Part shown: in pieces, positions 19,916 through 29,714 of the stretch
Layout: each line of letters starts with the position of its first letter
How positions within the stretch are numbered: position 1 is the stretch's first letter
Assembly: GCA_965263035.1 (NCBI GenBank)
Contig: OZ253580.1
Location: 1,312,001 to 1,376,000 of the forward strand
Direction: 5' to 3'
DNA: 64,000 nt
Source: Acidobacteriota bacterium
Lineage (GTDB): Bacteria > Acidobacteriota > UBA6911 > RPQK01 > JAJDTT01
The notes under the pieces: model-generated
What the model saw: only the letters and a program-made list of their open reading frames with translations
Told to the model about the DNA's origin: nothing
The model's database searches: none
Program-made: the position numbers and the translations under genes

Positions 19916-22267
19916 GTGCGAACGTGGACCTGTTTCGTTATCGCCATGATGTGTTTCGTTATCGCCCTGATGGGAGTGAGTCATCCGGCCGTCGCGGCGG
20001 TCTCGCTGGAGCGAGCGCCGCAGCGCGACGAGGAAACCTTGCTGTACCTACCTTTGGACGAGCCGGACGAAGCGATCCTCATCGGCGACCGGCTCGCCAT
20101 CGATCCCGTGTACCTGAGGATGGAGGCCAAGTACAAACGGGGCCGTTTCGGCGGGGCTCTGAAGTTCACGGGCCGGCCGGGGCTGCGCCAGTGCATGCTG
20201 GTATCGCTGCCCCAACGGTTCCACAGTGAGCGCCACGGCAGCCGTAAGCCCACGGTCATCGCCCGGATGGGCGACCGGGCTCAGGTGGTGGTCGACGTGC
20301 CCGAAGTGCTCACGGACATGGAACGGAGTTTCACCATCGAGTTCTGGGTGTTTCCGCAAGTGCTGCAGAATCAGACCATCGTTTCGGGGGTGAACACCGC
20401 CACCTGGGTGCCGGAGGCCTCCTGGCAGGTGGACCTGGCCGACGACGGGAGGTTGCGCTATGCCTGCGGCTCGGGACTGCATCGCTTCGAGATGTTGAGC
20501 GACCGCCCGGTCCCCATCGGCCAGTGGACGCACGTCGCGGTGGTCTGCGACACGGGCGACTTCAGGATCTATCTCAACGGAAGCCCGGAGAGTAGCGTGC
20601 AACGGATGGAAACGGCCAGAAACCAGGGCGTCACGCAACCGGGCAGTGACGGGACGATCCTCTGCGTGGGCGGCCCGGGTCCCGATGCCCTGGCCGGTTT
20701 CTTCGACGGTCTGGTCGATGAGCTACGTTTATCCAAGGGACCTCGGTCCTTCGAGCCGGATCCGGCCGTGCTGATCGGAAGCCGAAAGGAGCTCTTTCTG
20801 GACGACGACCTGATCGCGCGCATGATGGGCGTCCGTCGAGTCGTCAACCAGCCGGAACGTTACGAAGGCAATCCGCTGCTGGAGCCGAGAGGGGAATGGG
20901 AGGGGCGTTCCCTTCAGGAACTGGGTCTCATCTATGACCATCGGCTGGGGCTGTTTCGCGCCTGGTATCGTGCCATGGACAGCGCGGATACCGAGGCCAG
21001 CATGTGCTATGCCTTCAGCCGCGACGGCCTGCACTGGGAACAGCCGGAACTGGGTCTGGAAGAATATGGCGGCTCCACCCGCAACAACATCGTCGCTCGG
21101 AAGCGGTTTTTCTTCGTGTTCCTCGACCCGTTGGCCCGTCCTGGCGAGGGCAGAATCTGCGCCACACACAAATTGAAATACGGGGGGAACCGCGGACCCT
21201 TCAAACAAATCCTGATGCGCTCCCCCGACGGCTTGCAGTGGCCCAGTGACGAGGTGACGAACATGAGTGGCTACTACAGCTGGGGCGCCAGGCGCTACCG
21301 CCGGATGGAAACGATCATGGGGGTGGATCGACCGATTCCCTACGCTCCCGTCTACTTCGGCAAGATCGACAAGTTGACCATCATCGAAAAAGAGGGAGAG
21401 GGCCTGAAATCCCTGCAGTTCGCGCGAATCGGCTGGGATCTGACCCATTGGCAGAACCCGCATCTGACCGATTTGGAGCAGACCGAGAAGAACAATCGAG
21501 GCTGGTACGGGATCAAGACCCGCGATGAGGAAAGTGTCCTGGTCGGGATTGCCGACGCCTACCATGCCAAGGACTTGGGCCCCGAGGGCAGGAAACGCTG
21601 GCGAACCATGGGGCCCGACTCCTACAAGCGGGAGGAGAGCCGGTGGGTGGATTTTCAGCTGATCAGCTCGCGTGACGGCTACCGCTGGCGCCACGTTGCC
21701 GATCAGGCCACCTTCCTGCCGGTGGGGGCCGAGGGAGCCTGGGACGAAGGGTCGCTCTACTACGCGCAGGTGGTGGAACCACCCGGCTCCGACAAGCTCT
21801 ACATCTATTACGAGGGCTACAAGGTCCGCCACGACTTTTCCGATCAGGGTGGCCAGGAATGGTTCGCAGAGCACGGACAGCCCTTCTGCAACCTCGGCGT
21901 CGCCTTTCTGCGCAAAGACGGATACGTCAGTCTCGAAGCCGACGGTTCCGAAACCGAGGGCGTCGTCGAGACCAAGCCGATCCGATTTTCCGGCCGGCAC
22001 CTGTTCGTGAACGCGGATGCATCGGGAGGCGCGATCCAGGTGGAGTTGTGTGACGAGGCGGGCGAGCCACTGCGCGGCTTCAGCCGCGAAGACGTCAGGC
22101 CGCTGACCACGGACGATCTACGGCATCGGGTCCAATGGGGCGCAACCGCAGACCTGTCGGACCTTGCCGGCAAGGCGGTGGTGTTGAGGTTCCACCTCGA
22201 TCGGAATGCCCGTCTCTACTCCTACCGTTTCGGAGATCCCGATCCCCATTCTCGCGGGTCCGACTGA
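19916..22267 (+). CDS. LamG-like jelly-roll plus beta-propeller glycosidase-like fusion protein
   Basis: FTIEFWV, GQWTHVAVV, FDGLVDELRLS (LamG_3), then IGSRKELFLDD and the family C-terminus (LAGKAVVLRFHL..ARLYSYRF). GTG start after AGGAGG. Confidence 0.8.
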   Translation: MRTWTCFVIAMMCFVIALMGVSHPAVAAVSLERAPQRDEETLLYLPLDEPDEAILIGDRLAIDPVYLRMEAKYKRGRFGGALKFTGRPGLRQCMLVSLPQRFHSERHGSRKPTVIARMGDRAQVVVDVPEVLTDMERSFTIEFWVFPQVLQNQTIVSGVNTATWVPEASWQVDLADDGRLRYACGSGLHRFEMLSDRPVPIGQWTHVAVVCDTGDFRIYLNGSPESSVQRMETARNQGVTQPGSDGTILCVGGPGPDALAGFFDGLVDELRLSKGPRSFEPDPAVLIGSRKELFLDDDLIARMMGVRRVVNQPERYEGNPLLEPRGEWEGRSLQELGLIYDHRLGLFRAWYRAMDSADTEASMCYAFSRDGLHWEQPELGLEEYGGSTRNNIVARKRFFFVFLDPLARPGEGRICATHKLKYGGNRGPFKQILMRSPDGLQWPSDEVTNMSGYYSWGARRYRRMETIMGVDRPIPYAPVYFGKIDKLTIIEKEGEGLKSLQFARIGWDLTHWQNPHLTDLEQTEKNNRGWYGIKTRDEESVLVGIADAYHAKDLGPEGRKRWRTMGPDSYKREESRWVDFQLISSRDGYRWRHVADQATFLPVGAEGAWDEGSLYYAQVVEPPGSDKLYIYYEGYKVRHDFSDQGGQEWFAEHGQPFCNLGVAFLRKDGYVSLEADGSETEGVVETKPIRFSGRHLFVNADASGGAIQVELCDEAGEPLRGFSREDVRPLTTDDLRHRVQWGATADLSDLAGKAVVLRFHLDRNARLYSYRFGDPDPHSRGSD

Positions 22268-22438
22268 GATCGGGGGAGGGACGTCCTCGTCCGAAAAAAG
22301 GCGGGGTCAACGGCGCCGGTCCAGCAGTTCTTCCGGTCCGGAGACCGCAGGCCACCCGCAGGCAAAATCCCGCGGGGAAGATCGGACGTCTTTGGGCTCC
22401 GTTGCACCCACAGTTGAGCCAAGACACGCGGGTCGCCG

Positions 22439-24070
22439 CTATTCCTTCAGGAATCGGAAGGCGAAGAGACGAGTGTTCTTCAGGTAGAACTTGAGCTTGA
22501 TAACTTGACCATCCAATCCGCTCAGTTCGCTGCGGCCGTTCCAAGCGGCGATCCCAGTTCGCGTCAGGGGATCCGATTCCTGAAACGTGTGTCCCTGGAC
22601 CCGGAAGTAATCTCCAGCCAGGATCTCCACCCGGACCTCCCCGGAGCCGGTCCTCGGCCCCTTCGCCAAGTTGACCTCGAGATGCTTGCCGGAGAAGGAA
22701 AAGGCCCGCGTGATCACCTGCGCGTAGCCCTCGGCGCCATCCGTCCGGGCGGCGTCTTCGATCGAGCCCAACGCCTTGGCGTTGTAGCCGCCTCCCGCTT
22801 TGGTCGCTCCCGGCTCCAAGGAGACGAAACCGTCCATCGGAATCGTGGCCACCCCCATGGCGCCCATGGGCCCGGGGCCGCCGACCTCGCGAAAGAGGCG
22901 ATCCCGGAAGTTGGTGCCGTGGTAGTAGATGAAGAAACGATCCCCATGGTGAATGGGCTGCTGGGCATAGATGGTCACGGAATCCCAGGCCGGCTCTTCT
23001 CCCAGCGGAATGAAGGGCTCCCGGTAGCGCCTGTCCCAGTGAATCCCGTCACGGCTGAAGACGAACTGGGGCCAGATGTAGAGCGGATCCTCCGGAGTCC
23101 TCTGGCCGGGACGATAGTTCCAGAGCATCCCCAGGTAGAGGCCTTCATGGGTGGTGGCCCACAGGCTGTAGAACTGCAGACCTGCCGGGTCCCGGTCGTC
23201 CGGCACGATGATGGTCTGGGGGTCGGACCAGTGGACCAGGTCCCGGCTTTCGGCTCTTCCGATTATCCTCATCCGCAGTCCGCAGCGTTTGTGCTGGCAG
23301 TTCTCCATGTGCATGGCGTAGACCCGACGGATCGGATCCCAACCAACGGTGGCCGTCGGTCCCCACAGATAGCCCTGGTACCCCCTCCGCCGGGTCCAGG
23401 GTTCGCCTTCGGGATTGACCTTGGCAGGTCCCGAGGGACGAATCACGGGGTTGCCCGGATGGGGCACCCAGTTGAAGGCGTCGGCGGAGTAGTAGAGGTT
23501 CCAGACCCGGGTCCTCTTGACCTCCGACTGTCCGGGGACGGTCCCTTCGGCTGCTACCTGGGCCAGCGCCTTGTAGCGGCGTGAGGGGTCCTGCTCGCGG
23601 GGATCGACGAAGATGCCGCCTTTGATGGAAGGCCAGTTCGCGGGCGCCAGGATGTTGTTGTCCCGGGAACCCTGGAACTCCACGAAACCCAGCGAGGGCT
23701 TTTCCCACCGGTAGCCGTCCCGGGATTCGGCGTACAGGAACTTCCGGTCCTTGCCGTTGGGTTTTCCATCTTCGTCGGCGTACAGGACACTGGAGGTGTA
23801 CCACATGCGAAACCGTTGGCGGGCCTGATCGTAGAAAACGGTCCCGTAGTGCAGAGACTGCCCCTCCCAGGGACGGTCCTGACGGATGACCGGGTTCCCC
23901 TCATGCTTCCGGGCAGTATGGAACACGCGACGGGCGCCCACCAGGGCCTCGACCAGGTATTCGTCCAAAAACATCTGCTTCTGGGAACCGATGTGGATGA
24001 GCCCGGAAGGACTGGCCTGCACCGTAGCACCCAGCAAGACGAAAAGCGCCAATAAGAATCGACCCTGCAT
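22439..24070 (-). CDS. Beta-propeller glycosidase-like protein, subfamily II
   Basis: Close paralogue of 658-2241 (PEGEPW.RR.GYQGYLWGPT, ENCQHKRC, QFVFSRDGI.WDRRYR). Confidence 0.8.
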   Translation of the reverse strand: MQGRFLLALFVLLGATVQASPSGLIHIGSQKQMFLDEYLVEALVGARRVFHTARKHEGNPVIRQDRPWEGQSLHYGTVFYDQARQRFRMWYTSSVLYADEDGKPNGKDRKFLYAESRDGYRWEKPSLGFVEFQGSRDNNILAPANWPSIKGGIFVDPREQDPSRRYKALAQVAAEGTVPGQSEVKRTRVWNLYYSADAFNWVPHPGNPVIRPSGPAKVNPEGEPWTRRRGYQGYLWGPTATVGWDPIRRVYAMHMENCQHKRCGLRMRIIGRAESRDLVHWSDPQTIIVPDDRDPAGLQFYSLWATTHEGLYLGMLWNYRPGQRTPEDPLYIWPQFVFSRDGIHWDRRYREPFIPLGEEPAWDSVTIYAQQPIHHGDRFFIYYHGTNFRDRLFREVGGPGPMGAMGVATIPMDGFVSLEPGATKAGGGYNAKALGSIEDAARTDGAEGYAQVITRAFSFSGKHLEVNLAKGPRTGSGEVRVEILAGDYFRVQGHTFQESDPLTRTGIAAWNGRSELSGLDGQVIKLKFYLKNTRLFAFRFLKE

Positions 24071-24236
24071 TGTTGGCTCCTTTCGAGTCTGGTTGCAGTG
24101 TCCGGATGCGGACTTCAGGAGGTTGGTGTTCCCACCCGTAATGGTAGGATAGCAGGAACCAGAGCCTCTGACACCCGGGATGAAGGACCCTCTACTGCCG
24201 CTCTCGCCTTGACGCCGAACGCGTCAGGACTGGGGT

Positions 24237-24360
24237 ATGGACAGCCCCGGCAAGACGGACGAGCCCATCGTCATAGCCGATAACCGGACCATTGACCCGG
24301 CTTACGTCCGTATGGAGGCCAAGTACAAGCAGGGGAGATTCGGCGGAGCGCTGAAACACG
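24237..24360 (+). pseudogene. Relic of the N-terminus of a 19916-22267 paralogue
   Basis: IDPAYVRMEAKYKQGRFGGALK versus IDPVYLRMEAKYKRGRFGGALK in 19916-22267. Confidence 0.8.
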
Positions 24361-24390
24361 TTGTTCGTCCGGGTAGGAAGAGGAGGCATT

Positions 24391-25221
24391 ATGAAGCCCG
24401 CAAGTGTGGTTCTGATCGCGGTTCTGGCCGTCCTTCCTGCGCCGGCGTGGGGCGAGGGCGGCGAGATGAGGATCGAAGACCTGCTCGAGAAACATCTGGG
24501 CTTTCTCACCGATGGCAAGGCCCCGTCGTCCGTCAACAATCGGCTGTTGATGGGAACCTGTTCCTTCCGGGTGTTGATCGGCCGAAGTGCAAGACTCTCG
24601 GGACCGGTTAACTTCCTCTCCCAAGGGAACAAGGTCAGACTGCTGGTCCGATTCAATGATTCCGGCTACCGCGGTGAGAACATCATCCACGACGGCAAGA
24701 GTGTCCGTGTCGACCAGATCAGTCCCGGTGTCCGATCCCAGCTCGGCGATTTCTTCTATCGCTTCGAGGAGGTGGTCCGGGAAGGACTGGTGGGAGGGGT
24801 GCTCTCCACCGGCTGGCCGCTACTCGACCTCAAGCGGCGCCAGGCAAGTTTGGAGTACGAAGGACTCAAGAAGATCGAAGGCCGAGAACTGCATGAGGTG
24901 ACATACAAGGCGAAACGGCCGGGGGAGGCTCGGGTCCATCTCTATTTCGACCCCGAGTCGTACGGTCACATGTTGACGATCTACCGGGTGATGGTGTCGC
25001 GGTCCGGGAGCGTGGCCATCCGCACCACGCGAGACCGGTTCACTCTGGAGGAGAGGTTCGGGGACTTCCGCGCTCTGGATGGGTGGGCTCTGCCCAGCCA
25101 ATGGAGCCTGAAGCTCACCCTTCAAACCGATCGCGGCAACTCGGTTTCGGAGTGGAGCATGGCGATTGACAATGCCTCCCACAACCAACAGATGAACCCC
25201 CAGTATTTCAAGCTGAAATGA
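24391..25221 (+). CDS. Secreted hypothetical protein (possible LolA-like beta fold)
   Basis: AGGAGG RBS, signal peptide, beta-rich sequence with LYFDPES and FGDFRALDG. Confidence 0.65.
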   Translation: MKPASVVLIAVLAVLPAPAWGEGGEMRIEDLLEKHLGFLTDGKAPSSVNNRLLMGTCSFRVLIGRSARLSGPVNFLSQGNKVRLLVRFNDSGYRGENIIHDGKSVRVDQISPGVRSQLGDFFYRFEEVVREGLVGGVLSTGWPLLDLKRRQASLEYEGLKKIEGRELHEVTYKAKRPGEARVHLYFDPESYGHMLTIYRVMVSRSGSVAIRTTRDRFTLEERFGDFRALDGWALPSQWSLKLTLQTDRGNSVSEWSMAIDNASHNQQMNPQYFKLK

Positions 25222-25337
25222 GGGATGTCGGCCGGCCAGGAGGTTCGAGCCGTCGGCCGCAGCGGGACCTGACGGCCCTCGACAGCCGACGGTATCCCGT
25301 CCTGAAATCCGGTCTACGGCCGGGATGGAGTAAGACA

Positions 25338-25381
25338 GAAAGGGGTGGCGCCGAACCAGGTCGTTCAGCGCCACCCCTTTC
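25338..25381. terminator. Hairpin between convergent genes, probable terminator
   Basis: GAAAGGGGTGGCG...CGCCACCCCTTTC stem about 30 bp after the stop of the TonB receptor gene. Confidence 0.7.
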
Positions 25382-25412
25382 TAATCGTCTCCCTCTGTTG
25401 AGGCCAGGAGAT

Positions 25413-28400
25413 CTAGAAATCGATTCGCAAGGCGAACTGGATCTGACGGGCCATCCCTGCGGTCGTGACGACGCCAAAGCTTCCGGACGAAACGTTGCCA
25501 CGGGGCGGGCCGAAATTCACGTTGTTGAAGACGTTGAAGAATTCCGTGCGAAACTCGACGAAGCGCGTTTCTCCCAAGGCGAAGCGCTTCATCAATCCGA
25601 TGTCGAAATTGATGATGCCGTCGGTGCGAATGGGAAACGCGACCGAGTTGCCATAGGTGGTCGGGTTGACGGAGAAGCACCTGGTGTCAAAGAACTTGGT
25701 GACCGATCGGTTACCTTCGGATATGTTCCCGTCACAGGTGCGATCCGGAAGTACGACTCGACGCCTTCCGATGTTCAGGACATCGCTCCCCGCATCGATT
25801 TCCATCTGCGGCTGCCCGCTCTGGAGGGTCACCAGAGTGGTCAGCTCCCAGCCATAGAGGAGCTGCCGCCCCAGTCCCTGAAGACCTCGTCCAAAAGGCA
25901 ACTCATAGATTCCCGTCGTATAGAAGGCGCTGGCGGCATGCCAGGGAGCTATGGTCCGAGACGCCGAGCGATCGTATTCGTTCTGGGCCGTGCGCTGCTG
26001 GTTGGTCAGCAGATTCTTCGACCAGGTATAACCGGCTACCAGACTCAGGCCGTCGCTGAAGCGCCTTTCGAAGCGGGTCTGAAACGAGTTGTAGGAGGTG
26101 TTCATGTCGGAAATGATGTAGCGGTTGGGGCGAATCGGAGGATAGGGCCGGCGGTCGAGCTGGGCACCCGTCGCCGTCACCGTGGCGCCGTCGTTGGGAA
26201 GCTGAAACCGCACCCCCTCCGGCAGCGCCACGTTGAAGTTGCGGGCTCCGAACTGATGGCTCCCCTTGTTCCCCACGTAGGCCACCTCCACGCGTGTCTC
26301 CGGCATCAGTTCGTGTTGGAGCGAAAGACTCCAATTCTGCACGTCGCCGGGTGTCCAATGGGGATCCGCCATATAGTTCGACGGCCACTCCGAAAGTGAC
26401 GAACCGGCGACGATGGATGGGGCGATCCCATAGATGACCGTTGGCACCTGGCCCCGCGGGTTTCTTCCGTTTGACGCCCCGGTCAACTGGGGAAGATTCC
26501 CGGCGCTCCGGAAGTAAACGAAGGTGGAATCGTCGAACGATCTGCCGTAACCGACTCTCAGCGCCGTGCGATTCCCTCCGAAGGGTCTCCAGGCGATCCC
26601 GATTCGGGGAGCGAAGTCCCGATAGTCCGGCTCGGTCACCCGCCGGGTATCGAGCAGGACGGCCGGAATAGGCGAACGATTGGGGCCCTCCAGCGGTCCG
26701 CCCAGGATCGGCTGGACGGGGGCGTCCTTGAGGAGGCGGGCCACCGGATTGTAGCGGTCGGAGCCCAGTTCGAAGAAGGCCAGACCTCGTCCGTCGGACA
26801 TGAGGACAGGCAGGCTGATTTCGTGCCGGATCCCCAGCGTCAAGGTCAGATTGGGGGTCACCCTCCAACTGTCCCCAAGGAACCAGTTGTAGAAGCTCTT
26901 GGTCGGATAGTTGTTGATGAAGTCATGCCGCAACGTGTAACTGACGGAGGAGGGGTACCCCAGCAGAAAATCGGCGATGACCTGCGATTGGGAGCCGCCG
27001 ATCTGGGCAGTGGCGTATCCGTCGAATCCCATGCCGCCGCCCCCGGTGCGCGCTCCTCCCGAGATGAGCTTGTAGCGTTGGGTGGAGATGCCGAACTTGA
27101 TGAGGTGGTCGCCCTTGTTCCAGCTGATCACTTCCTTGGCTCCACCGTCGGTGCCGAAATCGTATTCGTTGTCCATGCTCCGGAGGTCGGGATAGGGCCG
27201 AATCCGTGTCCTTGGAACTCCCCAACCCGCCTCTGGAACGGTATCCGCGTGGTCGAACCCGAAGACCTCGGCCCAATTCTGGTGCAGCTCATCGGGAGGG
27301 GAGTTCTTGGAGTGCTTGCGCCCCAGATAGATGCTCAGTTCATTGTTGACGGTCGGCCCGAAGTTCTTGATGTAGCCGGCGGCGACCTGAAAGCCCCGCT
27401 GCCGATCCTGGATGAAGGTCACGTTCGGCGTGTAGTGGAAGCCCGTCGTCTTGGGAGACCTCTGCCAGGTCCAGCGGCCCCAGAGCTGGTCGCCCCCCTC
27501 GAAGTTCTGGTCGATCCGGATGTTCCACTTGTCCACATCCGTGTTGTCGACGGCGTTCCAGAAAAAATTGGGGTTGGAGCCGGGAGGCTGGTTGGGAAGC
27601 AGAGGCAGGAAGGTTCCGTCCTGAAAGATGGCCCGCGCCACCGGATTCATCCGGTCCGCCGGGACCCGGTTGCCGGGAAACGGCATCCGCTGCCCGTCGA
27701 CCACGTTCATCGGATCGTAGATGATCCGATCGGGCCAGTGACCATCGAGACCGAAGATTCCATTGCGCTCGTTCTCCGTCGGGGAGATCTGCGAGCGAAC
27801 GAAATTACTGCGCTGCCTCAGCCCCTCGTATGAGAAGAAGAAGAAGGTGCTGTCCTTGAAGATGGGTCCGCCCAACGTCGCCCCAAACTGGTGCCGCTTG
27901 TAGGGGACCGTACCGGTCCCCACCCGGTTGGCCATGAAGTTGTTGGCGTCCAAGGCGTCGTTTCGCGCATAGTCCCAAATGGAACCGTGAAACTCGTTGG
28001 TTCCCGACTTCGAGACCATGGTGATCACGGCGCCCGCGACTCGTCCGTATTCGGCCGAGTAATTGTTCGTGACCACCTTGAATTCCTGGATGGCGTCCGG
28101 CGAGGGCCGTGTGGTCGGCATGCTCTGCGTCAGATCCTGGTTCGGGGTCCCGTCCAGCAGCAGTAGATTCTGGCTGTACTGCTGACCATTGAACCCGGGC
28201 AGCCGGGGCTGCGCCGCCGGTATGTCCCTCAGCGGCGCCACCACCGCTCCCGTCATGTAACGCGCCAACTGAAAGATATCCCGTTCATTCAAGGGGAGAT
28301 CCTTGATCTGGCGTTCGGTCGTGACCGCCCCCAGATCGGCCGTCTCCGTCTCCACCACCGGCGATGCCCCGGTGACGGTGATCGTCTCGGCGATCTCCCC

Positions 28401-28739
28401 GACGGTCATGGAGAAGTCAAGGCGCGCCCGCTGCCGAACTTCGAGCCGCACTCCTTCTCTCACCTGCGTCTTGAATGCCGGGAGTGAAACGCGGACGGTG
28501 TAGATGCCCGGAGGCAGGTTCTCGACGACGTAGTCCCCACGCTCGTTTGTGATCCCACCTCGGGTCACGTTCGTGGCGACGTTGGTGATGTCGACGCTCA
28601 CACCCGGAAGCGCCCCTTGGCTGATGTCGCTGACTGTCCCCACCAGGGTAGCGTCTTCGCCCTGAGCCATTCCCGGAATGCTCGCGAGCAACCCTGCCGC
28701 AATAATCAGACTCAAACGGATAACGGTGTTAGTCCTCAT
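25413..28739 (-). CDS. TonB-dependent receptor with carboxypeptidase-regulatory-like N-terminal domain
   Basis: GTVSD.SQGALPG; DAIQEFKVVTNNYSAEYG; KSGTNEFHGS; FAPRIGIAW; C-terminal RQIQFALRIDF. Confidence 0.93.
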   Translation of the reverse strand: MRTNTVIRLSLIIAAGLLASIPGMAQGEDATLVGTVSDISQGALPGVSVDITNVATNVTRGGITNERGDYVVENLPPGIYTVRVSLPAFKTQVREGVRLEVRQRARLDFSMTVGEIAETITVTGASPVVETETADLGAVTTERQIKDLPLNERDIFQLARYMTGAVVAPLRDIPAAQPRLPGFNGQQYSQNLLLLDGTPNQDLTQSMPTTRPSPDAIQEFKVVTNNYSAEYGRVAGAVITMVSKSGTNEFHGSIWDYARNDALDANNFMANRVGTGTVPYKRHQFGATLGGPIFKDSTFFFFSYEGLRQRSNFVRSQISPTENERNGIFGLDGHWPDRIIYDPMNVVDGQRMPFPGNRVPADRMNPVARAIFQDGTFLPLLPNQPPGSNPNFFWNAVDNTDVDKWNIRIDQNFEGGDQLWGRWTWQRSPKTTGFHYTPNVTFIQDRQRGFQVAAGYIKNFGPTVNNELSIYLGRKHSKNSPPDELHQNWAEVFGFDHADTVPEAGWGVPRTRIRPYPDLRSMDNEYDFGTDGGAKEVISWNKGDHLIKFGISTQRYKLISGGARTGGGGMGFDGYATAQIGGSQSQVIADFLLGYPSSVSYTLRHDFINNYPTKSFYNWFLGDSWRVTPNLTLTLGIRHEISLPVLMSDGRGLAFFELGSDRYNPVARLLKDAPVQPILGGPLEGPNRSPIPAVLLDTRRVTEPDYRDFAPRIGIAWRPFGGNRTALRVGYGRSFDDSTFVYFRSAGNLPQLTGASNGRNPRGQVPTVIYGIAPSIVAGSSLSEWPSNYMADPHWTPGDVQNWSLSLQHELMPETRVEVAYVGNKGSHQFGARNFNVALPEGVRFQLPNDGATVTATGAQLDRRPYPPIRPNRYIISDMNTSYNSFQTRFERRFSDGLSLVAGYTWSKNLLTNQQRTAQNEYDRSASRTIAPWHAASAFYTTGIYELPFGRGLQGLGRQLLYGWELTTLVTLQSGQPQMEIDAGSDVLNIGRRRVVLPDRTCDGNISEGNRSVTKFFDTRCFSVNPTTYGNSVAFPIRTDGIINFDIGLMKRFALGETRFVEFRTEFFNVFNNVNFGPPRGNVSSGSFGVVTTAGMARQIQFALRIDF

Positions 28740-29233
28740 GTCACCTCCTTCGGCGAGAAACGTTGCGTCACGCTGGGGCGGGATCTGGTTCCGTCTCCAC
28801 GCCGGAAGACACGATCAGGGACGGCCAATGGGAATCCGCCCGACAAGGCAGGCGCAGTCATGGACATCCGGAGCAAATGCGATGTGACGGCGAGGGAGAC
28901 TCTCTGCGTGACCAGCATGATGAACGAGCCAACAAACGGTCTTGGTCTCGATGTTGAATGATCTGAACCGAAGGTTGGCGCCAAGGGTCAGATCACGCAA
29001 CCTCTTTATGTCTCTATTACTAGCAATTCCGGTTCCAGGATGCAACACACCTCTTTGCAAATTGCTTAAATCGGCCACGTTAAGCCCATCTGCCGAACTT
29101 CCCGGAACGGGAGCGGATTCAACCATTTGGACAAAACCCAGGGATGTGGTTCAAGAATTTGGAACGCACGGATGGAACACGGTACACATACGCCCGTTGC
29201 CTTCCAGTGCCTATTCGATCCAGAAGGAATCCA

Positions 29234-29394
29234 GGAGTCTGCGCGGTAGGAATGATCGTAGCGAGAAAGCGGGGAATCGAGGCCAGATTTTCTCGATTTG
29301 GAGGTGCATAGTTGTTCTATTCGCCGACAAATCGGGGAAATATGGACCGATTCTACCGCTTTCGCAGTAGATCAATTTCTGCCGCACAAGCTCC
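29234..29394 (-). mobile_element. MITE-like element, family A, copy 2
   Basis: Reverse-complement copy of 5824-5984, with CCAG and CTAG at the junctions. Confidence 0.85.
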
Positions 29395-29632
29395 TAGCTT
29401 GGCGTCGCGAAGGTGAAAGACCAAGCGGACGTAACGGTCGTTCAGAGGCCGCTCTTTGAGGGAGGCGAGCGACTCACTCCCCCTCCAGACGATTCGTCGC
29501 CGGGTGGTGTCCCCCCGGATCGCCCGGCGAAACCTCTGATCTCCACTGGACGGACGCGGTTCCGAGCGACGCAGCCGCGATGATGACTGCCACAAGCGGG
29601 GCGAAAGACCGGGTAGAGCTTGTCCTCTCCAT
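29395..29632 (-). pseudogene. Collapsed relic of a beta-propeller family gene (signal peptide joined to the C-terminal end)
   Basis: RBS plus MERTSSTRSFAPLVAVIIAAASLG, then in another frame IRGDTTRRRIVWRGSESLASL...VRLVFHLRDAKL, cut by the MITE. Confidence 0.75.
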
Positions 29633-29714
29633 TTGAATTGCCCCCTCCTTCCACCAAGAACGGCGGCTCCTCCGTCCGAGCAGAACCACGGCTGTGGAGG
29701 AGGGCGCTTCCCCC

